From Anthoceros angustus (Eukaryota > Plantae > Anthocerotophyta), in contig VJWM01000186.1 of assembly GCA_010909165.1 (NCBI GenBank), positions 377,050-441,049 on the forward strand: 64,000 bases of DNA, in the 5' to 3' direction. Numbering within the stretch: position 1 is the first letter of the stretch; each line of letters begins with the position of its first letter. Positions 12,822 to 25,334 of the stretch are shown here, piece after piece. The notes below the pieces were generated by a model, which saw only the letters and a list, made by a program, of their open reading frames with translations, ran no database searches and had not been told where the DNA came from. A program made the translations under genes and the position numbers.

Positions 12822-12833
12822 GCTCTGATAGCA
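12822..12833 (-). promoter_or_regulatory. Copia-1 PBS-like site (tRNA-iMet)
   Basis: TGCTATCAGAGC has one mismatch to TGGTATCAGAGC, but it lies ~138 bp from the 5' LTR. Confidence 0.5.
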
Positions 12834-12971
12834 ATTTGACGGTTAAGTCAGAGTATTGCATACAATCCATATTCCATTTTTTGAAATATGGATAATGCAA
12901 AATTCTGATTTGACCGTCTTCTAGCAATTACATGTGCATAGTAGTGTAAAACTAGAAAGGATCAGAACACA

Positions 12972-13148
12972 TGTGATAATGGCAAGCGTGGCTAGCTAGA
13001 GCAGTGAGCGAGAGCAAAACACTTGCACAGAAAAACTTATCAAATAAATGTGAAAGTGTAGCTTAAATACAATGAATAAATAACTGTTCATATAAAGCTA
13101 ACCTAACCCTAACTTAAGTAACCAGCAAATGTGGTTATCAATTTAACA
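12972..13148 (-). repeat. Copia-1 5' LTR
   Basis: Matches 4964-5141 and is followed by the TSD ATAGG. Confidence 0.95.
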
Positions 13149-13208
13149 ATAGGCCGTAATTCTGAGTACCCTTGAGGTACCGCATGATGCGCTTGAGAGC
13201 AACCAGTT
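13149..13208 (-). pseudogene. Continuation of host Copia-H RT
   Basis: The minus strand reads LVALKRIMRYLKGTQNYGL and joins across the TSD to CYKPSGKK at 4963, reconstituting a Copia RT. Confidence 0.9.
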
Positions 13209-13449
13209 GATCCCTCCTCGATTCTCCGAGAATTGAGCAACAAAGATTCACGGTTTGAGATGTCCGGTCTTCCTCGACACTAAGAACATGAGAGTGCCAA
13301 CCCCATGCTAGGGCATGCCCATCTCCTTCTTGTCCTCTTCTGCTTGATGGCAGGAAGCAGATGAGAGCTTGTGGAATGCAAAAGTTTGGGCAACCAGCCC
13401 AAAAGAGCCGGAGGCAGAACGAATTTGATTTTTTTTAAAAGCGATTGAA

Positions 13450-16400
13450 GAGGATCATGCGGGGAATTTTCTGGAATCCTTGAAGCTGGAGCTGTAGGAT
13501 ACTGGTAGGAAGACAAAGAGGATATCTCGGGGAAAAGAAACGGGTCAAAACGACCCCCAAAGTAGAAGAAAATCCAAGGGGCGGTCAGGCTACCACCGTA
13601 GGTCGCCACACCACGCGAGGGTCGAGAGGAAGAGCGCATCTACCGCTGTAGGTCGCGACTACCGCAGAGGTATCAAGTCTCGCTAAAAAGAGAAATTAGG
13701 ATAGGAGGATATCCACTATATATGCCTACCAATAGGGAAATAGATAAGTAGGATTAATTAGAATGTAAATACTTAGGGGTTGCAAATAGGGCAGGGAAAT
13801 AGGTAATCTAGGCAGGATTAGGTATTTTAGGAGGGTGAATCAAATCTAGGGTTGAGAGGCTTCCAGGTGGCAGCCATCCAAGGAGGGCAAAGTGCAGTTT
13901 GGGCAGCGCCAACTCTCTCTCCGAATTGAGGCATCCTGACTACGCGAAGAGCTAGAGTTGGACCTGGAGCGTAAGAGGAGAAGAGGACGACTGTCATCGC
14001 CATCGCTGATCGGGGCAAGAGGAAGGCGAATTTGTGTCTTGTTGGAAGTTGGGAGGAAGCCCTAGCTCCAGGCAATCGGTGAAGAAGAGAAGGAAGAAAA
14101 GAAGAAGGCGAAGAGGAAAGGAGGAAGGCACCAGGAGGCGTGAAGAGCTCATGACACCGCGAGTGTTGAGTCTTTGGGAGGCAGTGGGCGCAAGGCGGGC
14201 GCTTGACCAGAGCAACCACGAAATTGAAGGAAGAGTCACGTGAAGGCGCGAGTAATTGGTGAGAGGCACCTGCGAGGGAGAAGAAGAAGAGAAGAAGGTG
14301 GCGGGGAGTAAGCCAGGGCTAACTTCCTAATTGTGTGATTGTTCCCCACCAAGAGAGTCTCAAGGTGAAACACCGAGAGGGCGAGAGAGAGCTTGCAATT
14401 GGGAAGTAACTCCTTTTGAAGCCGCTTGGAGAGTAAGAAGGCGCCATGACTCGAGCTGCTAAGGGCAAGGGAAGGCGGCGCCCACCAAGGGCTCGTCCTC
14501 AGGAGGAGGAAGAGGCAAAAAGCCAGCAGCGGTGGCCGCGCCGCCAGGAGGAGGCGATTTCGAGATGCCCTATTTCACTTGTTTCGCAGGGCAGCTCAAC
14601 CCCCGCGATTTGGTGGATTTTAGGCAGTGGGCGGAGATTGGAAGGAGAACATCCAATTGGGATGGGTGTATGGCCGCCAGTGGGCCTACACCAATTTGGA
14701 GTTGATTGAGGAGTGCTACATCAATCTCCATCAATCAGAGGCAGCCCTTGCCGCTTTTCCCTGTGATGGATATAGGCCTCATACATTATTGTGCCCCAAT
14801 CCGGCTTGGCTCCTCGCGAAATCTTCCACAAGAATTGGAGGAAGTTGGTGCTGAAATAAGAAGTGTGTTGGTAATTCACCAACCCCAGGACAATCTTGGC
14901 AAAGAGCCGCCATTTCAGCTCCTTGATGTTGTCCGTCTTCCACCGTTCTTGGCGTGGGCCTTCACCTCCGGCCCATCATGTCTAAGACCTCGGGATTTCA
15001 AAGGGAAATCCTCTTCCTCCATTTGTCCTCTCAAGGAGAGCAATTCTGAGCTCCTCCTCCTCGGTCTTCCATACACTTGACGAATGCTTGGTCTGCCAGC
15101 CGGTGATCACCCAGCATCTCCAGCCAGGCCGAATTCCTTGGATGCAGAGGGGCACGGCCATGTTACCTCAAAGACCTACTTGGTGCATTTGTGGGAGACT
15201 AAGGCTCTTGACCAGTTAAAGAGCTTGAGGATCATGCGAATTTTCCTCGAATCCTTGAAGCCGAGTCAGAGGATACCGGTAGGAAGACAAAGAGGATATC
15301 TCGGGAAAAGAACGGGTCAAAACGACCCCCAAAGTAGAAGAAAATCCAAGGGGCGGTCAGGCTACCACCGTAGGTCGCCACACCACGCGAGGGTCGAGAG
15401 GAAGAGCGCATCTACCGCTGTAGGTCGCGACTACCGCAGAGGTATCAAGTCTCGCTAAAAAGAGAAATTAGGATAGGAGGATATCCACTATATATGCCTA
15501 CCAATAGGGAAATAGATAAGTAGGATTAATTAGAATGTAAATACTTAGGGGTTGCAAATAGGGCAGGGAAATAGGTAATCTAGGCATGATTAGGTATTTT
15601 AGGAGGGTGAATCAAATCTAGGGTTGAGAGGCTCTGTGGCAAACCCATCCAAGGAGGGCAGTGGGGCTTAGCGCCAACTCTCTCTCAATTGAGGCATCCC
15701 CGACTCACGAAGAGCTAGAGTTGGACCTGGAGCGTAAGAGGAGAAGAGGACGACTGTCATCGCCATCGTCGTCGGGAGCAAGAGGAAGACAGGCTGTGTG
15801 CGCGCTGGAAGTTGGGAGGAAGCCCTAGCTCCAGGCAATCGGTGAAGAAGAGAAGGAAGAAAAGAAGAAGGCGAAGAGGAAAGGAGGAAGGCACCACGCG
15901 CTGGGGAGCGTGAAGAGCTCGCGAAGCACCGCGAGTGTTGAGTGCTGGGAGGAGCAGTGGGCGCAAAGGCGGCGCTTCAGGCGACTGAGAGCAACCACGA
16001 AATTGAAGGAAGAGTCACCAGGAAGGCGCAGGCAATTGGGTAGAGGCACCTCTGCGAGGGAGAAGAAGAAGAGAAGAAGGTGGCGGGGAGTAAGCCAGGG
16101 CTAACTTCCTAATTGTGTGATTGTTCCCCACCAGGAGAGTCTCAAGGTGAAACACCGAGAGGGCGAGAGAGAGCTTGCAATTGGGAAGTAACTCCTTTTG
16201 AAGCCGCTTGGAGAGTAAGAAGGCGCCATGACTCGAGCTGCTAAGGGCAAGGGAAGGCGGCGCCCACCAAGGGCCTGCCTCGGAGGAGGAAGAGGCAAAA
16301 GCCAGCCACGGTACGCGCCGGCCAGAGGAGGCGATTTCGAGATGCCCTATTTCACTTGTTTCGCAGGCGTACCAACCCCGCGACGGTGGATTTTAGGCAA

Positions 16401-16991
16401 GCATGGAGATTGAAGGAGAACATCCACTGATGGTGTATGGCCTGGGCCTACACCAATTTGGAGTTGATTGAGGAGTGCTACATCAATCTCCATCAATCGA
16501 GGCACCTTGCCGCTCGTGATGGATATAGGCCTCATACATTGTGCCCCAATCCGGCTTGGCTCTCATGAAATCTTCCACAAGAATTGGAGGAAGTTGGTGC
16601 CGAATAAGAAGTGTGTTGGTAATTCACCAACCCTGGACAATCTTGGCAAAGACCGCCATTTCAACTCCTTGATGTTGTCCGCCTTCCACCGTTCTTGGCG
16701 TGGGCCTTCACCTCCGGCCCATCATGTCTAAGACCTCGGGATTTCAAAGGGAAATCCTCTTCCCTCCATTTGTCCTCTCAAGGAGAGCAATTCCTGAGCT
16801 CTCCTCCTCCGGTCTTCCATACACTTGACGAATGCTTCGGACTGTCCAGCAGCGAGGATCAGTCCAGGCATTCCTCTCCGGCTAGGCCGAATTCCTTGGA
16901 TGCAGAGGGGGCACGGCCATGTTACCTCAGCACCTACTTGGTGCATTTGTGGGAGACTAAGGGGCTCTTGACCAGCAAAGAGCTTGAGGAT
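13450..16991 (+). repeat. Tandem duplication of a ~1.77-kb unit of element D
   Basis: Units are ~13456-15232 and ~15233-16991. GAGGAT microhomology is present at 13450-13455, 15227-15232 and 16986-16991. Confidence 0.88.
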
Positions 16992-18088
16992 GCTTGGCAT
17001 CCTTTTGAGATTATTCACCTCCAACCAACCTTAGAGCGCCTTGCCGCTCCCGAGGAAGACAATGGGAGGAGACTCCTGGCGCACTCAAGGCCAAGGACAG
17101 AGGAGGTGGAGGCAACGAGGTTGCCGTAGTGGGAGGCCTTTCCCCCACAAGAGGAGCCGGAAGGAAGAGCAAAAATCCCGGCCATAGAGGGGCCGTGTGG
17201 TAGTCTATAAGAAGCTGCAGACTACCACGGTGAGGTACGACCCAAGGGTGGGAGGAGTCCCCACCATTGAATGGGTGCGAGGAGAGGCACCGTCATTACC
17301 CAGATGGCGCACCACAGAAGACACCATGGTAGGTAACCAGTAGACTACATGCTAGGGGTTCACCACCGCGGTGAGCACCTCTGTAGGTGAACCAAGCAGC
17401 CCCAGAGGAAGAAGAGGAAGGAGGGGCGGCGCCCAGGCCGCCATCACCCGCGCTGGGTGGAAGGGCGGATGAGGAGACTGTGCGAGGAGCTACGCCACCG
17501 CGCGATGGCCGGAGGAGTGCGAGGGAGCTGGAAATTTCCAGCAAGAGGCCGGCGGGGGCAGAATTGGGGCCCCTAGGAGATGTGCTGAGTGCCTGTGAGG
17601 TACTCAGCCATGTGGATTTGAAGGGGGCTAGGGAGCTAGCAGCCTCCTTATGGGCGTGCCAAGAGGAAGTCCGAGATTAAGGCCCAAGAGATGACGGAGA
17701 GGAGGGCAGGGACCAAATATTGGAGGCCATGGAGTCCGATGAGAAGGCGGCTAAGTTGGAGAAGACCGTGGAGAAGCTCCAACGCGACCTTGTGGACCAA
17801 CGGCGCGCGGAGAAGGTCCTGGAGGGGAGGTTGTCCCAAACCGAGGAGAGAGCTGGCCGAGCAACCACCCAACGGGACTCTTGGAGGCAAAAGGCGGAAG
17901 AGCACTTTGCCCAACTAGAGCAGGAGAGGAAGAGCAAGATTGAGGCTCTAGGGAGAGAGAAGCAGGCGACCCAACAAGTGGAGGCGCAGGAGCAAGTGAT
18001 GGCTACTCAAGCCATCAAAATCCGGGACATGGAAGAAGAATTGCGGAGGACCCGGTACAACTTGGAAGAGAAGCACGCAGGGCTGGAG
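13456..18088 (+). mobile_element. Element D: retroelement segment with a TATA-bearing leader and a degenerate accessory ORF (globular domain, low-complexity linker, coiled coil)
   Basis: Homologous to 56499-59218. Fragments include MTRAAKGKG, NIQLGWVYGRQWAYTNLELIEECYINL, RPCYL..YLVHLW and the coiled coil MESDEKAAKLEKTVEKLQRDL (17720-18088). It is cut at 18088 by LTR-A1. No gag-pol is seen, so the class is inferred. Confidence 0.6.
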
Positions 18089-21000
18089 TGTGGACCACGG
18101 ACTCTCCCCGGGGGTAGGAAATGAGTTAGGTATTGTTTTTTTCGTAGGTGCGGAGTAGAAAATGAGGCGGAAAGGAAGAAATAAGCCCGGAGTACTGACC
18201 GATCTCGGATGGACTCGGAGTAATTTGAAAGGACTCGGGGAGGAGCTCCGGACCCACACCGGGAGTGCTCGGGATAAGTCCGGACCACCTCCAAGGCGGG
18301 GCCAGGATAAATCGCCAAGTAAAGTAACTTAGAAGTTGGGCGTGATTTAGATAGGCGAAGCCACGTGGAATGATGCAGTGGTGGAGCGGGCATCGTGAGA
18401 CCAGGGCCAGAGGGTTGCAGGCCGTTATAGCAGTATTCACGCGCTCGAAATGCGCGTAAGGCGAGTAAAAGCGTGGCGTAGGCGAGTAAACCCATGCGAG
18501 ACCTCACAGCGATTCACAGGCGGTGAAGGGACACCCTCCCGCTCCGCGACTACTCCGGCGTGTCGCGACTGGAGGGTGAACCATTTCTCTTTGTGACCTC
18601 GCGATTTTTGCGGTCTCGCGCTCCACCCGCTCTTTGGCGCTATCTCTTGGCGCTCGGGCACCTTCTCGTGGCTCACCTTCGTGGTTGGAGGGCGTGACAA
18701 GCGGCGAAGAGGAGCAACATAATCGCCAACACCGACAACACGGGCAAGAAGAAGGCGGTGGGACCCAAGAAGGCAGCGGAGGTATGGGAACCTGGCGCTG
18801 GTGGAGCCGCAACATTGTCACCGGAGATACCCGACTTGGACCACAGGTGGAGGCGGAGGACTTGGTGGAGAAATGGCACCTGGACATCTTCAGCGCGGTG
18901 TGGACGTTCGACAGTGTCACACTTGTCGGGGAATCGCGGAAGATGCTGGCCGTCGCCAACAAGGAGGTCCGCTCCAAAAGCTTGAGGGAGGACCCTAGGA
19001 GGTGGACCGTGGAGGTCTGAGGCGGTTCTGGCCCGGTGGAAAATTGAGGGGTGTAGTCCGGGCCCCTCAAGGTGAGGAAGGTAGAAGCAGAAAGGCGGCG
19101 TCTGAGGCGACCAGCAGTCGTCCAATGGCTGGTTGATCGGACTGCTTGGATGAGGCGGGTGAGGAGGCGTGGCTAAGGTCATTGTCCATTGGAACATGCT
19201 CACCAAGGTGGATCACCTTGGTGATAATCTTTGGTTCTGCACGCCCTCTGAGGGGCAAGCGGGCGCAGGCGTATTATCATCGCTCGGATCGGTCAAGGCG
19301 GAAGCTACGGAGGCGAGAAGCACCTCCGTCGGCCAGTCCTTTCCTCATCCATGTGTGGGGACACCTCAACCTAAAGGAGGGAGAAGGAGGGGCGCTCGGA
19401 AAGTTGGCGACCTGCGGGAGGCGGGGAAGAAGGCGGCGCGGGCGGCCCGACCTCCTAAGGCCAAGCGAGCCGGGAGGAAGATGATTGGGAGGATTCCGGA
19501 CTCCATCCAGTGGGCGGACCCCTCGCCGCCCGAGAGGTATGGGAGGATATCCACTCCCTCCTTACGGTTCGGAGGTGGAGTTGCCGCACGGATGGGCACC
19601 TCACGGAAGGAGGCGTTGGCAGCCTGCCCGGCCAAACCCCACCTGGCCCCGGCAGCGCCACGCCCGGGGCAGGCGAGTCGTCAAAGGCGGAAGGTGGCTC
19701 CCTGTGGCCAAGGCGCACGGTACCTCTGCCCTAGCAGTGCGGGAGGAGGCGTGGGAGGCGGAGAGGGCGCGCCAGGCGGGGGGGAGCGGCGCAGCCACAT
19801 CCGAGCCCGTCACATCTCCGGCGGAGAAGCGCCAACTCCGGACCCCTCGCCACCAAGCCCAAAGCAGTAGGCGGAGAAGGAGTTATGACCAAGCGGCCAA
19901 GGAGGTGGAAGGGCGGACGGGGCACCCGGGACACGAGGTCTGATCAGTCCGAGCAGTCCGGACTCACTCGGACTGATCAGGGTCCTTAGCGGACGGAGAT
20001 GCACTCCGACGGACTTCTTGGGTGCCTCCCAGTGGCCGGCCGTGGACACAGTTTTGGCTACCATCATGGACGGTATGCTTTGGGGTCTCTGGGGCGGAGA
20101 AGACCCGGAGGTGGAGGCAACAAGGGCGCATGGTGCTCCTCAGGAGGCGGTGGGCGGCCCGGGAGGCGAGAAGGCGGAATCCCTCGCTCGAATCGAGGAG
20201 GAAGCGTGAGGCGAGGCGGGAGGTCCGGTCTGACAGGCCGGACCAAGGTCCTTCGGTAATGAAAGCTGAGCAGTAAGGAGGCCCAAGGGCGGAGACCTCT
20301 GCGGCGGGAGGCAGCGGGGAGGCTGGAGGAAGCCGAGCAGGCGGGCGGCTCGAGACTGGGCTGGCTAGGCGAGAACAAAGCCGGAGGCTCGGTGGAGTGA
20401 GGCGGAGCGGCTAAACCAACGAGATCACTAGGCGGGATCGAAACCCGGTGGAGGAGGCGGCCCAGGGCAGCAGCTAACTGGCGGAGCAGGCGGGGCGAGC
20501 CGCAGGTCAGCCGTCGAGAAGAAGAGCCGGCAACAAGGAGATGGAGGATCTCAGGGCTCGATTCTGTGAAGTGGAAGGCGAGATGGAAGAGCCAAGGAGA
20601 CCTTGCGACTCAAGATACAATCAGCGGGCAGGGGCTGCAGGCGTGATCGCGGATCACAGGCGGGGAAAGCGACTCCGGCTCTTGGCGAGAAGAGGTAGGC
20701 GGTGGAACAAGGCGGCCGTCGCGAAATGGAGAGGACACAGGAGCGAAATCAGGCGAGTTGCGGACCGCTGGGAAGGGAGATGGCGGAGCTTGAGGCGAAA
20801 TGAGCGGAGGGCAAGGGCCTTGGGCCTTGAGAAAAGCTGGTCAGTTGAGGAAGGCGGAGGGGCTGCGTCATGGCGAGGGGCGGTGAGCAGAAGCAGCGGG
20901 AGGCTGGGCAGGCGAGGCGGCAATGGAGGTTGCGAGGAAATGTGAGGCCTCCCTTGTGGCCTCGCGAGATTCCGCTCGGTGACAAACACAGCGGGAGAGG

Positions 21001-21587
21001 CGGACCAGCAAAGCCGGACGGCACTCGACTTAGAGCACCTATGGCGAAGGAGTATCGGGTGCTCGGGCGCATGTGGAGAGGCAATCCAACAAATCGCTCG
21101 GATTTTGCCTACTACCGCTGAGCTCCTCAGGCGTTGAAGCTCAGCGCCATTGCAGCTGGGCGGACCTCAGGAGGGTCGAGGGTGGAAGGGAAGAAGGGCA
21201 TGGGGACACGGGGCCTTGGTGGCCTTGTTTGGTGGGATGGCGGTGGAGAAGAGCCCGGGAGGGAGCGAGCGGCCAATGTAGCAGCCCTTGGTAAGTCCGC
21301 CACAACCCGGCAGGAGGAGGATAGGGACGAGGCCCCGAAAGAGGTGGGAGGAAACCAGGACCAAGCCCGAGAAGGGATCGGTGGAGGGACGGGCTAACGA
21401 GCAGTCCGGGTTGGGGTCGGGACTTGAGGACCGGACCTAATGTGAGTCGGACCTTGAGGTCCGAACCGAGACGGACCACGAGGTGGGACTCGAAGTCAGG
21501 CCAAACCGACCCTAAAGATCGGACCCGGGAGTGAGACCGGACCCGAGGTCGGACTCAGAGGAGAGAGGAGCTGGTCCCGACTATACG
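18089..21587 (+). repeat. LTR-A1: 3'-truncated giant LTR of the Gypsy-A/B family
   Basis: Starts with TGTGG and is colinear with 21588-24960 and with the Gypsy-B LTRs (reverse complement). It ends in the GGTCCGGACT array and lacks the TATA/R/U5 part. Confidence 0.75.
18758..21397 (+). pseudogene. LTR-embedded accessory ORF (copy in LTR-A1), frameshifted
   Basis: GPKKAAEVWEP, NKEVRSKSLREDPRRWTVEV, AKVIVHWNMLTKVDHLGDNLWF, followed by a Pro/Arg-rich linker and a Glu/Arg-rich coiled-coil-like region. Confidence 0.65.
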
Positions 21588-22185
21588 TCGTATAACGGAC
21601 TCTCCTTGGGGTTGGGAAATAAGCTGGGTTTGTTTTTTTAGGGTATGGAGTGTAAAATAAAGGCGGAAAGGAGGAATAAGCAGACGGTACTCGGGTTGTA
21701 CTCAGGCCCTCACAGACTCGGGGAGATGCTCAGGACCACAAACTCCGGGTCAAAGCAGGATAAATCGCCAAGTAAAGTAACTTAGAAGTTGGGCGTGAGT
21801 TAGGCAGGCGGCGCCCGTGGATGGTCTTGAGTGGTGGGCATCTGCGAGACCGGGCCGTAGGTTGCGATGGCCGTTATGGCGGTATTCACGCTCCGGGTAC
21901 GCGGCGGTAATAGTGGCGGGCGTAAAGGCGAGGTAAGCCATGCGAGGCCCACAGCGATTCTACGGACAAGCCGCCCGCGGCGGTTACTCCGGCGAGAGAG
22001 AAGCGCGGTCATTCTTCAAACAACGCGGCGATTTTTCGCATTCTCTCGCTCGAGACACGGCTCTCTGGCGTTGTCTTTTTGATTCGAGCACCCTTGGCTT
22101 GATTCGACTTGGCGAGGAAGCGGCGACACCCGGCGGGAGGCGGAGATTGCGGAGCCTCACGCCTCAGTGAGAAAGGAGTGTGAAG

Positions 22186-24722
22186 ATGGGACCCAAGGCG
22201 GGCGTGGGAGCCATGGCGCTTGGTGGGCCTGCTGTCGTCACCGCGCTACCGGACTTGGGCCGTGGGCTGGAGGAGGCGGAGGAGGCTGGTGGAGGGCACT
22301 GGACATTTTCGGGCCGTGCGGACCTTGACGTCACCTAGTCAGAATCGCCGGAAGATGTTGGCGGCGCCAACAAGGAGGTCCGATCAAGAACTGCTGGAGG
22401 ACCCTAGGAGGTGTGGAGTGGAGGTCACGAGGCGGTTACAACCGGGAGAATAGGAGGAGTAGTACGGAACCCACGAAGGTGAAGGGGAAGGTGGCGCGGC
22501 GGCCCCTTTTGCGACCGAGGGCGGCGGTCCTCCAGCGGATGGGCGATGTCGGACCTCTACGGGAGAGGAATGCGTTCGATGGCGAAGATTATCGTCACTT
22601 TGGAACATGCTCGGTGGACCACCTTGGCGATAATCTGCTAGTGTTCCTCCACGACCTCTGAAGGGAAGCGCCCGGGGGCGGGATAATCTTCGCCGGGTCA
22701 ATCGGGAAGCTGTGAGGCGAGTGCGAAGCCACCTCCGTCGGCGTTATCGCCGTTTTGATTCATGTGTGGGGGCACGAACCTCTGAAGGAGGTGAAGAGGA
22801 GCACTCGGAAAGGGTGGCCGCTCTAGGCGGAAGGAAGAGGCAGGAGGCCCGGTCGGAGTAAGAGGTCGGGAGGAGGGCGGCGGGAGGGAATTCGGACTCC
22901 ATACATGCAGGACCCCCTCGCCACCGGAAGTGTGGGAGGACATCCCTTCCTCCTCCTGTGCCGGGCGTCGGCCTTGAGCGGCCAGGGGCGAGTTGGCGGT
23001 TCCGGTAGCGGCGGGCGCCAACAACAACGGCAGTTTGACCCGGCGGACTCGGGGAACCGAAGAAGGCGGGCGCCTGCATACCCCGGGCGGTGCCCTTGCC
23101 TCCTGTGGTGGCAAGCGGAGGAGGCGTCGAAGAGGCGGAGAGGGGCCGCCCAAGGCGGGGAGGCCAGCCTCACGGGCACATCATCTCCGACGGGAGAGGA
23201 AAAGGGCCAGCTCCGGACCCCTTCCACCTCAAGCCCAGGAGGAAAAGGCGGAGAAGGAGTTAAGCGGCCAAGAGGGCCAAGGAAGGTGAGAGCTCGGACC
23301 TCGGCCTCGGGACCTAAGGGTCCTGATTAGTCAGAGCCCGATCCGGACTCGCTGATATGGTCCTTGGCGGACGGAGATGCCCGCCCACAGGACTTCTGGG
23401 CATCTCCCCAGTGGCCGTGGAAGCAGTTTTGGCTACCGTCATGGGCCGGTATGCTTTGGGGCCTCTGGACGGAGAAGACCCAAGTGGAGGCCACCGGAGG
23501 AGGATGGTGGAACTTCAAGGCGGTGGGCGGCCCAGGCGAGCAGGCGGAGTCCCTCGCGTCGAGGAGGGCGTCGGGAGGCGGAGGAGGTCGGGCGGTCCGG
23601 AGACCAAGATCCCTTTGTCGACAGTGAAGCGTCTGTGAGGCCCAAGCACGGTGAGACCTCTGCAAGCGGAGGAGGCGGGCGAAGGAGGCGGAGGAGGTGT
23701 CGGGCGGAGCGCCGCGACACAGCGGCAGCTCGGCTAGACCAACACCAAGCGGCGAGGCTCGAGGTGGCGGCCGGGAGGCGGAGGCAGCGGGTCGAGGATC
23801 ACTACGGCGTGATCGGGCCGGTGGAGAAAGCGGGGGGTAGCAGCTAACTGAAGCAGGTGGCAGGTGGCAGGCGAGCAGCGAAGAAGAGATGGAGGCCAGC
23901 ACGAGAAATAGGGACCTCAGTGCAGTGCGAGAGCGGAGGCGGCGGGGCTGGAGGCAAGGACACCACAGGCAACTCCAAGGCAGCGTCGAACACAGGATTC
24001 TCATGGGAGAATCCAAGACTTGGAGGAGATTGAGCGCCTCGGCTCGCTGAGGCGGAGGAGAATAGGCGATCAAGGAGTTGGGCGTCGCGGTGAAAAGGCT
24101 GGAGGAAGCGAGTCGGGCGGAGATCTGGCCGCTTTGGAGAAGGAAGTGGCGGACCTGGGTAAGGATGAGCGGAGGGGCGCTGGAGGAGGCGCTTGTCCGT
24201 TCGGGAGGCGGAGGAGCTCGGCTCCATGGCGGCAAGTTGGTGGGCTGGCAGCGAAGGGAGGAGGAACACGTCGGCGGCGAGGCTGCGGGAGGTGTCGGAG
24301 GCCGCCTTGGCGGCATCAAATCGGCGGCTTAATTGGCGGCGGAGGCAGGTCGGCCGGCGGGCAACACGCCAGTGCCGGAGCACCTGGAGGAGAGTACCAG
24401 TGCTCGGGCCCATGTGGAGAGGCAATTCAACAAGTCACTCCGACTTTGCCTACCGAGCTTCTCAAGGCCTTTGGAGGTGTCGCCACCCTCGGCGGTGGGC
24501 CTTCGAGTCGGAAGGAGGAGGCGAAGGAAGGCCCGAGGCGACCAGGGACCTTAGGGCTGTTTGGCGGCGCGAGGGGCAGTGGAGGAGGCGGGGCGTGGGG
24601 AAGGTGCGAGGTAAGCACTCCACCCCACCATGGAAGGAGGAGGAGGGCCACAGGGGGGCCGTGAAGGCGCTGGGCAGCAGGAACCAGGAGGACTCGGTGG
24701 GTGAACCATGAGAAGTCCAGTG
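22186..24722 (+). pseudogene. LTR-embedded accessory ORF (Gypsy-A LTR copy), frameshifted
   Basis: ATG GGA CCC AAG start; LLEDPRR..VEV and VDHLGDNL motifs; coiled-coil-like C-terminal half. Confidence 0.65.
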
Positions 24723-25326
24723 AGGGAAAACCAGTGCTCGTGAGTCGGACTTTGTCGGACTCTGAAGAAGAGCGGACCGAGGTCCGGCCTCTGAAATCTG
24801 GACTCGAGGTCGGACTCTGGTGGCGGACGGACCACGAGGTCAGGACTCGAGGAAAAGAAGATCGGACCGAGGTCCGGACTCGGAAAGAAGACGGACCGAG
24901 GTCCGGACCCGGGCGGACCTAGAGGTCGGACTCGGTCGAGGCCCGGACCACAGTCAGACTCGGGAGGCGGAGGAGCCACCAATCACCAGCCGTGAGCCTT
25001 CTCTTGGGGCCCATGTACGAGGGCCCGGGAGATAAGAGAAGATGGGGAGGAGGATTTAGTGGTGACCGCCGTTGTCAGGCCGCCGCGGTAGCGGCCTGAT
25101 AGAACCTCGGGGAGAGGTAGGGGCCCGCCTCGCGGATCATCCGATTGGGTGTGCGCGATTGTCGAGAGCTGGGCCTTGGGCGCCCGGTAGGCGGAATCAG
25201 GGGCAACCCCAGCCCCACCACCCACGCGTAGATAGGTGGAATAAGGGAAATAGTAGGCGGCCGATTAGGGCGCCCAGGCCATCATTTCGAGAATAGGTGT
25301 AATAAAGGCCGCCGACCTTGACGTAG

Positions 25327-25334
25327 TATAAGAG
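25327..25334 (+). promoter_or_regulatory. Putative LTR TATA box (TATAAGAG)
   Basis: Lies ~590 bp before the LTR end. The same motif sits at an equivalent distance in LTR-G (63168) and as GATAAGAG in the Gypsy-B LTR (~30175). Confidence 0.55.

Larger units (their letters stand above)
4964..13148 (-). mobile_element. Copia-1: full-length Ty1/Copia LTR retrotransposon
   Basis: Two ~178-bp TG...CA LTRs are flanked by a perfect 5-bp TSD ATAGG (4959-4963 and 13149-13153). Domain order on the minus strand is gag-PR-IN-RT-RH. Confidence 0.95.

Noticed and set aside
24740-24965. CRISPR-like array of short repeats (also 21400-21560, 30535-30720, 40685-40875)
   Set aside because: The repeats are degenerate, there are no unique spacers of regular length and no cas genes, and the context is a eukaryotic LTR.
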